The notes under the pieces were generated by a model that had not been told where the DNA came from, did no database searches, and saw nothing but the letters and a program-made list of their open reading frames with translations. Of a stretch of DNA of 64,000 bases, positions 25,401 to 37,256 are shown piece by piece. Source of the DNA: Gordius albopunctatus (lineage: Eukaryota); the NCBI GenBank assembly GCA_964276515.1, contig OZ193909.1, positions 7,316,001 through 7,380,000 on the forward strand. The letters are read 5' to 3'. The position numbers were made by a program, and so were the translations under genes. Numbering within the stretch: position 1 is the first letter of the stretch; every line of letters begins with the position of its first letter.

Positions 25401-28400
25401 AAATTCCTGTCAAGATTTAGATAAATGATTAATGCGGCCCACATTTAAATGTAATAAGTAAGGAGGGAAGTTATAGCGTTTGCTCGAGTGAAATGCCAAA
25501 TTTAGTCACCTCTTTGGCGAGGAATCGGGCAAAGTTGTGCCTAATGCGTCACAAAAATTGTTTTTTTATGCTCATACACTAATCATCGATTCCTTGCTTT
25601 TCAACCCCGAAATTCTTAAAAGGGGAAAAAAGCATAAAGTGCTAAATTGTATTGAATAAGGCGAAGATGACGAAAGTCTGGAGTTGGGTGAGCTGCAAAC
25701 GGGCATAGATTCTAAGCTGCGTCTGATCGAACAACTTATGTTATCGCAATCGCGAATCGATACTCTCAAACGAGCTTACGAAGACAAGATTGCCATGCTG
25801 GAAACGCGAATCAAGCAAAAGGAAATTGAACAGGACCAATTCCTCAAAAACATCGGTATAATGTGTGACATGCCTAATAGGCATTTATTCAACTACCCAC
25901 TCATCACATTTTCTATTAAGGTTTTTTGGTTGATTTTGTGTATAAATTTTTGAGGTTTTCTGGAATTTTTACGTTATGCGCTATCGAAAACCTAAAATTT
26001 TTCGATTAGCATTACACTTTTTTGATTGTTTATAAATGCCATTATGCGTGATGGGCTTATAAAGTTTGATGTGTTAATCAGTTTATAGGTTGATATCAAA
26101 ATTTACTTGTAATATATGAATTTATTTTAATTTTTTTAAGGATTTTCTTCATTAATAATTGATGCAACCGTTTTAAATTCTAATTGAATTTTTTTATTTT
26201 TTAAATTTAGACTTAACCGCTTTACAGACTACGGGGGAAGAGGCGGAAAAAAAATCGAGGGAAAAATACAGAACTAAAATGGCCGATCTAAATGAGGAGG
26301 TTAAAAGACTTAAACGAGCTCAAAGCGATCACACAAGAGTTGTCCAAAATTTGAACCAAAACAAGCTGCTGTTGAGCAAGCTCCAGTCCGAAGTTTTAGA
26401 CTTGAAAAGGACGAAGGTATTCTTATATCTAATTTTGTGGTTTTCTAAAAATTAAATTTTTTAAAGGTTATATAACTTTAAAATTATTCTTATAAGTGCG
26501 TTTGAAACAAATGTTTTTTCAGGTGAAGTTGATGCAAAAGATAAAAGAAGGCACAAAATTGCACAAAGAAACCGAGGCTAAGAAAAATCAGGAGATCTAC
26601 AAATTAAAAAAGGATAGTCGCCTGAAGGAACACGCCATTAAAAAATTGGAAGCTCAGGAAAAACAAAAGGACGCAATACTCAAAAGAAAGCAAGAAGAGG
26701 TAGATTATTAGGCTGACATTTAGCTTTTTATATGCATCACGCAGAATTTCAGAAAAATGGCTTTCAATATATTAATCCAAATAAAATTTTTAAACAGGTG
26801 AATATGTTGAGAAAGTTGAAAAACGATTCTTCGAACATGAGTCGAAGTGCTTCTGCCAATTTGCGTTCATCATTACGAGGTAACAAGCTTTATAAAAATA
26901 TTAAATTCTTACCCCACCCTATCATTTTTACACATTTCACACTCGAATTATCTGATGGATCCAATTATATCCTTCTTTTCGGAAAGCCGAATTTGCATAA
27001 TTATACAGCATTTTTACTCGAAATATGTTTGTTCATCCATAATTTATGAATTTTTATTATTTATTTATATTTGCTTGAAGTGTAATTGAGACTTTTCCTC
27101 GACCAAATTAATATACTAATTAAAACACAAACTTTTTTTAACTAACCATATGGATGTTTTAAGCTTTAATTTTAGATCGAATATATTCTCTTGCAATTCG
27201 CAAATGATGTTTTCCATACCTATGAAAACTTGATTAATCGTTATAAATCACGTTTAAACATTAATTCATTACAACAGGAACTCGTGCAAAATCCAATCCA
27301 AAAACGCCTAGCTCATGGGAAACTGCTGCCGTGAGTGAACCCACAACCCCTTGCCTAACCTCTCAACCACGACAATTAGCTTTAAAGACCAACAAAGCCC
27401 AGGCGGACCAAAGATTAAATATGTCAACACCCAAGGCTACGCGTCAGAAGTGGTTATCAATCGAAAGGAGCATTCAGCGCATGCTTGTGCACAAACAGGC
27501 GGTTGGTGCTGTAGAAAGTGATATGGAGTATTGGATGGGTAAAAGGGAATGCTTGGTTAAGAGCTTGGAGGAACTGCAGGACAAGATGTCCCAAATCACG
27601 GCTAAAGATAAACCTAGCGATGGAGTAAGCGGGCGGGGGGGGGCCTAAGCTAGTGTTGTAAAAACGGCTGGGGGGTTTTGTTACATAAGCAGAAAACGTT
27701 CGGTATGTTTGAGCGGCCAAGAAAAACAGACCAACAAATCTTTGGTTTTCTGGTGTCTCCTCGACTAAAACCAAAGGTCAACTCATTTTTAAAAATACCT
27801 TACTCAATTCCCAAGTTTGTTTCTCATAGTTTACATTATGGCAAGGGCGAAACTTATGACTCAAAACAAAATTTAGCATTTATATGGAAAATACTTGGCA
27901 TTTTGAATTCAAATGGGGTTAATGTATACTGGGCTCTTTTCTATTTTATTTGAATATAAATGGTTAAAAATGGGTGATTAAAGAAGTTTAATTTTTTAAG
28001 TTTATGATTGTACCGATGTATGGACCCCCAATAGCCTTTGAGCTATTTTTGTAAAAATAAATTGACTCAATCATCCGAATCTTAAGTTAAGCTAAAAACA
28101 ACGAACGTTCAACGCTTTACTCAATTCAATTAATTGTGGTATAGTGATAGGCAAAACTAATTAATGAGAGGATTGCAAAAAATATAGAGTCATTTATAAG
28201 AATTTCCGCCTTTTTTGCTGATAATGCATGTTTAAATAATTATTAGGGAACGACAGGACACGAATCAGAATCGCAAGATTTAGTTGAGCGGATGGGAGGG
28301 CTGAAGGCTAATTTGGAATACGTGCAAGAGAACATAGCGGATTGCCAGTCGGGAATCGTGCAATACGAAGAGGTTAAGGTAGTAATATTTGCACAATATT

Positions 28401-31400
28401 ATATGACCCCTTATTTGTATAACACAAGTTAAATTAACATGGGCTTTGATTGAACTTGAGGGGCCAATAATATTTAGGCAGGGGCAAAATGATAATTTTT
28501 TAAAATTTGAAATACAATTATAGCTTTTTTTAGAATTGCCGGTTCAAGAGGGAGCATCCGCCCCTCCCTGTCTATCCTGGCGCTGCTTATGTTAATCAAA
28601 ATTGTAGTTATATTTCGTTATTAATATAATGAAGGCTCATACCTGAATTATACACAGCGACACAATTTACTTACTTTAGTTTCATAGTTAAAAAATAGTT
28701 CTGGTTATCAAATATGATTAAGTATTAATTTAATTAAACGTTAAGAATTTCTCCAAGATTTCGGCGCATTTCCTTCACTCTACCCATTTTTGCGGTATCT
28801 TTTATTATGTGGCAAATAAACAGCAATTTTGTATGTTGCAGGCTCAAAATAATATTCTGTCGACAGAAAATTTGCTGGATGTTTGTAATAACCTAGCCGA
28901 AGCTAAATACATGATTCACCACCTCGTCAACATGGTAGTTGATAAGGTAACCATTTACTTGACTTTTTTACGAAAAGGAATATGCTAAGAAGAATGAATA
29001 CTTTCACAAACTAAATTAATTTGACTTTAAACTTTTCTAAAAATTAATGAAATGCTTAGTGCGACTACTCTGCCTTTAAGAATAATTTATTTCTGCGAGA
29101 AATGACGAAATCTTTATATAAAAAAGTATTTAATCTAAACTGTGATTTTTAAATTTTGTAATATTGTTAATGTATATAGAATCTCGTACAATTAAGAACA
29201 CCTAAAATAAAATTCAAAATGGAATTTCTGGGTTTGGATTCAATAGTAACACCGCTGCAGACCTCTAAAATTTTCTATATAACGTTTATTCGTTTTTTAC
29301 CAACTTTAGTCGTTGGAAAATAATCAGAGGGAAAGCACGTTGAACGAACTTTTGAAGCAGAACCAACGGGACCAGCAAGAGTTTTTAGTTCAACGCGAAC
29401 TTTTGGTGCACATGTTGAATGGGGACTATGATTCGGATGTCTTGAATTACATATCCGACTCCTTTAAAGATAATCTATCATCCTTTACACCAGTTTTACA
29501 CGATTACCACGATTTATCTGGACATAGATTGGGTCAAAGTTCGATACACGGCGGATCCTCTACCACTATTATTCTTGGCCCCGGTGATACTTCCCTCAAT
29601 TTTGCAGCGGGTAATTAGTGGAAAATCTCCTTTAAAACAATGAATTATAATTTACAAATTATTGTTATATATGCACACGTGCAATTATCTATTGTATAAA
29701 CCCCCTTATTCCTTACTCGTTTTTTGTAAAGTGTCAATATATTTCTCTCCTGAGCCCGCCATTATACCAATTTGCCTGTTTTCTTATATTAAGTGTATTT
29801 TTTAGGTTCTTCTCCCTGAATTAAACGATTGTTGATTACCTTCACCTCCCTCCTTTTTTCAAAGACATTTAGAACTAAGAGTCAAATAAAGGGTAGCTTT
29901 TAGTTTTTAGGCCTAAGCTGTTCCTAATTGTGATTGTGACATTTTACCCGCCTGCCGACAATATAAATTATGCTGTGGGATTGCATCTTCGTTTAAATAC
30001 TCAGTCTCGGCTCGGCATAGATATGATATAATTATGATTGTAAGCCCTGTAAAATTGCGATTGATACTATGGTTTTACTATTTATGTTAGGCAACTTCCA
30101 GCACCCTGCGATTGAAGATAATCAATCAATAACCGACAGGTAAAATAAGAAATTATGTTTTTGATCAATGCTTTTTTCGTTAGATGTCCTCCGACTGGTT
30201 AAAATTTCTATTGCTGAGACTTTTTTTAGCTTATATTCCCTTATTAAATTTTTCTTAGAACTTGTTTTTACATTCATTTTAACATTTATTATAATAGTAC
30301 ATTATAAAAAAATTTCTTAAAATTGTGATTCATATATTTTTGTCCTATATCACAATTTAAGACTTATTTCTTAAAAATCTCTTATGGCAAGGCAATGCAA
30401 ATATTATAATTTGAAAAATTTGTTTAATCTTATAATACTCTATTTTTAAGTTATCAAGATGCATCTTGTCAAGATTTCAACACGGATCTCTCTGTAGCCC
30501 CGGAAGATTTTCCCGACGAGTTTATTTTTTACCGGTATTTTTTCATAAATATGATTTTAAGACCTAAAATTAATGCACATTTATATTATAAAATATAAAA
30601 AATGCTTATAACAATTAAAATGTTATTTGTGTTTTTGCAAATGGTAGGCCAGAAGAATTAACTGAAGGCCCTGCTTACCAAAACGAACATGGCCCTTCGA
30701 CCCTCCCTCCAAGGCCTATATATCTGAAAGACCATCAATGTGGAGCTTTAATTGCGCCTTCTAAGGCTTTACCCACCTCTAGTCAACCCTCTTTAAACCA
30801 CCATGATGGAACTAACTCTTTTAGCGAAAAAGTATGTCGTCGTAATATTCGTTTTAGCTAGATATTCTATCGACTGTCTTCTACACTCTTGTTAAGGGGT
30901 TGTTTTTTCGAAAACAGTGCTCACTAAAGTTGAAAAACTGTATAATTATAAATTCAATACGTTAAAAAATCATTTATGTGACAGATTTTTGGTATGGACT
31001 AGTAAGATTTGGTTCTAATACAAGCGGTTGTTAATTTTTTTATATATAAACATTTTATTTTCCAAAATGAGATACCATTTATATTTCCTACTTCACATCC
31101 TTACTATGCTTTAAAATGAAAAAGATTTTTTTCCATATTTAGAATGCTATATAAATCCGCTTAATTTATTATTATTTGCCCACGAGATCTATCCACACTT
31201 AAAACAACTAAAATCAAAGCCCTCTCCTTGAGAGTTTATAAACCCGAAGCTCTTTTTTATCCCAATTCTTACATAGTTTTGTATATTTATTAAATACTTT
31301 TCCATATTAAATTTTATTTATTATTGTAAATTGTGTATTATAGGCTAGGCGCCGTACCTCTACGGTCAAGGAATTATTATACGCCAGAACTTCCTCTCAA

Positions 31401-34400
31401 GCTTCTTCTAACAGTGGCCTCGCATCGGTCACACAATATGGGAATAATAATAATCTTTTAACCAAGTTAGACATCATAATATCCCTAATTATATATGATA
31501 AAATACATTAAATGGCTTTTGGGCATGTGATTTTCATGGTATCAGCTAGTATTATGCAGTTATAGATTATTTATTATTATTTAATTAAAAGTTAGGGTTT
31601 GGCAGGTAAGTTTTTCTTAAGTATTTACTACAAATACAATTATCGGCGACATTTGTTTAAATTGATTTAAGCTTACAGTGGCAACTTATTACCGGCCTTT
31701 CACATATTTTTAACTAAATATTATATTTGTTTTATAACAAATTTAAGTACTGAAGATGAATTCACTGATGCGTCGATTGATAAAAAGATTCATGGCTGTT
31801 CTCATATCCATTGTAAAGACTTTCCTTCCCTAACTCCGATACCCGAGCTTTCATCCATTTCATCCACCCCGACGCCTCCTTTAAACGGTAGTTTGAAAGC
31901 AATTTTATCTCATTTCATATTAATATAATATTTAGTTTTCTTAAATAATCTCAATTATGAAATAAACTTGACAAAATTGTCTTGTTGTAAGGCACATTCA
32001 TCTCCTCTACTAAGATTTACAAGAATCGAATTATACTACCGCAAACACGAATTATTTTCATTAATATACTGTATTTGCACTTATTTAAACTTATTTTATA
32101 TATAAATGAAATGACATTTTTTGAAACATATTGCAGTTTATAACTGAAATGGATGTATGGTCTCTTTTTCTTTTTTATTCCCCTACTTATGACTACTGAT
32201 GATTTAAAACAATATATTTTGGACAAATATATAGGCAATAATCTTATCGATCAACCTGCAAAGGAAGAGGATAACGGAAAATTAAAGAGTTTAAATCAAT
32301 TGTTCAACTTCTCAACTGTACCCTTATCTAATGGACAACATTGCTACGCTGCTAACACGCATCATGCAGTTGACGACTCTATTTCGCCCAACTCACAAGA
32401 GTATACATCAGTCTATATTAACTTTTTTAATTGAATAAATAAATTTTTCACTGCCTCTTTATGACTGCATTAAACTTCTTGGCTCATTTAGTATAAACTG
32501 TTCAACCATTTCAATTATTGCATCAAATTGATAAAAACGAAAAGCTTAAAGGATTAATTATGACTTTATAAGTCGATCTAAGTCGGATATTTACACAAAA
32601 TGATATCCTGCCCAAATTTATTTTTGATTATATATAATTTCTCCTAGCCTGGAAGAAGTTAAAGGCTGTCGGGACGTCGTTAAATCTGATGTAGACTTCA
32701 ATAATAACACATTTACCAAAGTCACTAGCCTCTTATGCCTTAACGGGACCCGGACTCAAAGCCGTGGCGCTATTCCCTTCCCCACCGACCCCGGGACTAA
32801 CGTTCCCTCTGAAACTAATGTTGAAAGGTCAACATTTAATTTGTATATCTGTAAAATAGAAATAATGTCTTAATTTATACGCGCTCATTAATAATGCTCT
32901 GAAATTAACCCCTTTGTTGTTCCAGGTTGTCTATCATTAGTTAACTTCTATTGGTTGAGTAAAAAGTACTTTTGCTTGAATATTAGCTATGTTATAATAA
33001 TATGATGGCATGTGTACCCTTTTTAAACAAACTTTTAGCTCGTAGGTAACTTTCAATATGCCATAAATTCTAATAAAAACGTGTTTTGAACTAATTAGAT
33101 CTCAATCCTTAAAAGGCTCTCGGACTGGGAGGGCTAAAACATTAATTACGTCATCGATTGGTGATGAGTTTAAAGCTCCTCCACTCTCCCTAGGTCATGT
33201 TTTTCGTGGCCATGACAAATCTATCTTAACTCTCTGCACGGCCGAAAACTTGCTTTTCACCGGATCTAAAGGTAAAATGGTTTGTAAATTTAGTTTATCT
33301 AAAACTGAGTGAAATCTCTTACTTTTATCTCCGATGTTTTTTCCAATTGTCTACAGCTCAATTTTTTAAATAAAGTAGACTTTACAAACAGCGAGGGTCT
33401 AATTAGGATGATAGGGGTTGGGGGCTACTATAACTTTTACTTGCAAATTTATTCCACATCAAAAAATAATATGTTATCTTCTTTAAAACCAAGTCTAATT
33501 CAAGAAATTAAATTTATACGGGATGCATTTTTATCATTTCAACTTTAAATATCAAACAGTATGCATCACCCGAAGGTAAAGCGGATTTGTCCAATATGCG
33601 TATTATGCCTAATCTAGAACTAGCAATTTGAATGAAATTAATTTGGACCCGACTTTAATTATGGCGCTATATTAAAAACATTGTTGGTATAAAGGCGTTA
33701 TTGAGCTATTTATGAATTTTCAAGATCGACTGGTTAAGATGTGGGATTTGGTAACATTTAAAACGATCCAAATCTTAACCGGACACCCAAACCACGTAAC
33801 TTCGGTTCGATTTTCTACACCGGACCACTTACTTCTATCAGCCTCGCTATCTTATCTCAAGGTGTGGGACGTTAGATCTAGCGCGACGCGTCATAACCAA
33901 CCCGCTTGTATACAGGTTTTAAGGTACTGTCCATTCTTTTACATTATAAAAAATTCAATTTTTCCAGTTTATTTCTAATCCTTGAATATTTAGGGTCTCT
34001 TTGCGATAGATTTATATGCGCCGCTAGGCTTTTTTATTATTTGTAGTGATAATTATATAATATTTATCTTATTTTTAAGTGTTGGCATTAGAAACTAGAA
34101 CTTTACTTCAATTCAATTATATTTATCGCTGTACATTTAAAAACAACGTTTTATTCAAATACACTTTTCAATGTTTAATGCCTGGTACACTACTGTTTAA
34201 CCTAGCACTATTAAAATTTTTGCGATTGTGCCGCATTGATTTGAAATTTTTCCAATCTTAGCATCAATTTTTTATTCAAATGGATTTACACCGTCTTCTA
34301 GCAGAGAAAGTAGGTATGATATTAATTGTTAAATAACATTATTTTCGTCAGTTCTTCTGGAAATCGAATTACTGAAAGCGCCATGCACGAGACAGGGTCT

Positions 34401-36398
34401 CACATATTACCCTATTCCTCTGATGCCACAATAACCGATGTCCGATTAAATGGAGCCGGAAAATTTTATATGGCAGTCGGCAATGTCATCAAAATTTGGG
34501 ATCTTAAAAAGTTTTTTTCGACATACGTTTATTTTTACATTGTATTACCTATACTCTTGGCAGAATTTAATAGATCTCTCCAAAGATCTTTGCGTTAATG
34601 TTTACCCACACACAATTATTTATTTTATCTATTTTAACACTCGTACATCAAAATTTATGAAGAATTGTTAATAATTTGTTTATTGGTATAATGTCAAGAT
34701 TTATAAGGCTGGTAAATAAACAACTTTATTCAAAAACATTGAGGAAATTATAATTATTTTATATTATAAATAATTAAATTTGATAATTTTAATATTACAT
34801 ATAAATAGATTAACGTGCGTTGCATCGTTTATAGTGAGTTCTCAATCTACAGTTACGGCCATTACTGTTACTCACAAACCGGACGTCAACATAGATCTGT
34901 TAGTATGTGGAACTAAGGATCATTACATCAAGGCTAGCAATTTTTACATATGAAATCACCTAGCATTTTTAGCGCACTTACCATTTTTTTATATATATTC
35001 AACACACTTTGTATCGCTTACATGTGCAAAATTAATTATTCCTTATTTTAAAACGTTTCGTACACATTTAGGATGACAATAATTTATTCCACAATCATGT
35101 AAATATTTGTAATGTAAATTGAAAATTTGAAAAGTTAAACATTTTTATTATCTTGTTAAATTATAATGATGAGTTTATATTAAAAATGTGTATTAAGTTC
35201 TTTTTGTATGTACGATTTATTGACCAGGTAGCGCATTTAAAATATATTACATCAAATTATAGATTTCATGTTTTATTCTATTTTTTAGATATATGAGATA
35301 ACGGAAAACGCTATAGCATCGGGCAAGATTTATCCAAAGCACATTTTAAATCCTCCTCATTACGACGGAATTCAATCGTTCGAATTAACCGACGACTTTA
35401 CGCTGATCAGTGCTTCGCGCGACAATTGCCTCAAATTATGGGATTTAAATAATAAATCTCTGCTTCAAGTAGGACCGATTATAAATTACTTTAAATAATA
35501 ATTATGTAATTGTATTTTTTTGCTCATTTTTTCCTAAAATGGTATGATATAAGGAGAGAAGGGGGATATAAGAATGGCCAAAAATAGGCTTTTAAATAAA
35601 GGTAATATCAGAAAGGCGAATTAAATAAAAATGAAATATGATCTCGTTGTTCAAAAATGTTAACAATATATTAATTTTTTAATCTTTCAAAATATTTATC
35701 AACAAAATGGACGAGTAAATTTTTAATCCTTGCCTTTATATCATTTGCGATTTTCATATTAAAAAGATTCCCATTTATTGATTTTAGTCGATAAACGGGG
35801 CAGGTAAGGATAGGCTGACGGCTTTGCGTTATTTCCATCCGAACGCGTCTCTCGTCACCGGTAGTAAATCGGGTACTCTGCAATTGTGGTCCTTAAATCG
35901 GCGAAACTCGGAGCCATTGATCAATTACACCGATATCAGGGCTCATCGTGGTGATATTAATGACATTGACGTCCACGAGTCCTTTATATTTACCGCTTCT
36001 AGGTAATTAACGCTCTTCAGCTTCTGGACATAGGGCAATTAGGAAGTGTTTTAAACTCAATGATTTGTGCTTTTTTAGTTGTGCATCAAATCGGCTAACT
36101 TACGATCGTTATTTACCTCTTGACCGTCTGCTTAGTTTTATACCCTTTAACCTCAATAATTCCGTGTAAAGCTCTCTTAAATATGTGTTAATTACGTGTT
36201 GGGGCGTTTTCACGACGTTTGTTATTGTTATAAATTTTTGCCTACCAAATTAGCTGTTTATATAGATTTTATATATTTTTGCTGCAATTTTATAGCGATA
36301 AAACTGTGAAAATGTGGAGACACAAACCTACACACTCCAATAAGGACTTTTCGTCTTATGACGGCACTCAGAATCCCAGTTGCAACGGACATTCCTGA
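10442..36398 (+). CDS. KIF21: Kinesin-4 family KIF21-like protein (motor, coiled-coil stalk, WD40 tail), at least 37 exons, about 1910 aa
   Basis: Phase-consistent exons: 10442-10473, 14790-15012, 18340-18516, 18738-18803, 18905-19000, 19191-19355/19361, 19839-20045, 20571-20686, 21091-21286, 21655-21910, 22476-22575, 22824-23001, 23622-23719, 23917-23962, 24430-24577, 25661-25855, 26211-26416, 26523-26699, 26798-26879, 27278-27624, 28247-28378, 28842-28946, 29310-29610, 30091-30139, 30451-30534, 30648-30831, 31344-31465, 31748-31887, 32235-32400, 32648-32827, 33099-33271, 33725-33923, 34352-34510, 34809-34932, 35289-35468, 35788-36002, 36296-36398. Motifs: [73 protein letters not shown]40 PPHYDGI. 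Confidence 0.95.
10707..10870. mobile_element. MITE of the CATGGGCGTAGCC family in KIF21 intron 1
   Basis: TIRs CATGGGTGTAGCCA / TGGCTACGCCAATG; perfect 8-bp TSD TATTGGAT (10699-10706, 10871-10878), the hAT-type TSD length. Confidence 0.9.
11880..12034. mobile_element. MITE of the CATGGGCGTAGCC family
   Basis: CATGGACGTAACCAG ... TTGGCTACCCCATG with G9 and long C tracts; body similar to 10707-10870. Confidence 0.8.
13215..13403 (+). mobile_element. tRNA-derived SINE with an RTE family A-like 3' tail
   Basis: A-box-like GGGTGTAGTTGG and a perfect T-arm/B box GCGGG-TTCGAAT-CCCGC (13268-13284). Tail AAAGAAGCTGACCACCTTAGTGTGACAAGCAGCTA nearly matches the LINE 3' end at 47355-47388. Second partial copy at 24683-24760. 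Confidence 0.8.
15478..18290 (-). mobile_element. Near full-length decayed RTE/BovB-like LINE, family A (APE + RT), antisense in KIF21 intron 2
   Basis: APE motifs [30 protein letters not shown] motifs [34 protein letters not shown]; many stops and frameshifts; A-rich 3' end near 15478. Confidence 0.95.
23424..23568. mobile_element. TAGTGTTG-terminated MITE (145 bp)
   Basis: Imperfect TIRs TAGTGTTGTAAAAAGGC / GCCGTTTTCAAAACACTA; termini match 27651 and 2816; TSD not clean. Confidence 0.75.
24683..24760 (-). mobile_element. 3' portion of a second SINE copy
   Basis: Reverse complement GCTGAGCGTCTTCCCTCATCCGATCTCTAAAAAACCTGACCAACAAATGTGACAAACAGCTA aligns with 13340-13403, including the part that is not LINE-derived. 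Confidence 0.75.
27651..27785. mobile_element. 5' part of a TAGTGTTG-terminated MITE, 26 bp into a KIF21 intron
   Basis: Starts TAGTGTTGTAAAAACGGCTGGGGGGTTTTG; internal match to 2716-2780. Confidence 0.7.
28438..28591. mobile_element. Degenerate MITE of the CATGGGCGTAGCC family
   Basis: CATGGGC start; GAGGGGCCAATAAT..AGGGGCAAAATGATAATTTTTTAAAATTT core shared with the copies at 1988 and 10707. Confidence 0.7.
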
Positions 36399-36905
36399 TA
36401 TACCATTGTTATTTTAATGACGTCGATAATTTTATATTGCATAAATAGGAAATACTTGGCGCGACAGCCTAAATGCATAAACCAGCACTTTAAACATTCC
36501 ATCCTTTAATCTTCATAATATTGAGAACACATGCCTACCTCACGCGACCTAACTAGGGAAAAAACCATTTGTGTCGCAGGAATACTTTTATGTTTTAACC
36601 AATTTAACGATCCCCGCTAACTATACATTCCATTTTAATATATATTTTATACCAAATTTGGGTGTGAATATTTTAACGGGTTTTACGCTTTTACCCACGA
36701 AAAATTGTATTTATATCGTTTTTCATATACAACGCATCATTTAATCCGACCTAGATAATCCAACTCTTCCGTCCCAAATAGTCAACTTTTATAGGCATAA
36801 TAATCATAATTTGATAGGAATTCATCTCATCCCTCACGTTTGATGGGCGACCTCATGTAATATTTGTATTTTTAACTGAAATATTTAACATATTCGTCAC
36901 ATGAC

Positions 36906-36911
36906 AATAAA
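36906..36911 (+). promoter_or_regulatory. Candidate polyadenylation signal of KIF21
   Basis: AATAAA about 500 nt after the stop codon, followed by T/GT-rich sequence. The motif is common in AT-rich DNA, so this is tentative. Confidence 0.4.
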
Positions 36912-37256
36912 CAGTTTTTAAAATTTTTATATGTTTTAATTGTTGTTAAGTCATGTTGTGGTGAGAGAGATGGGTTTTTTAAACATTTTGTATAAGTTAG
37001 CTTTACGGAAGTAAATTTTATTAAGTGGAATATCTTGTTGCGGGAACGATATTTATAATCAGGCGGTAGATCCCATTTATTATGGAATTTCTTTTCCTGC
37101 TCTTAGATTGTTGACGTCGTATGACTTTATGTAATACTGATAATTTAGTAACCTATAATATAATATGCTAGCCCAAGCCATTTCGATTTCTAATAAGGTC
37201 AATAGAATTCATCCGAAATTATAAACCTTCAGTTATTTATAATAAAGTCATGTGGT

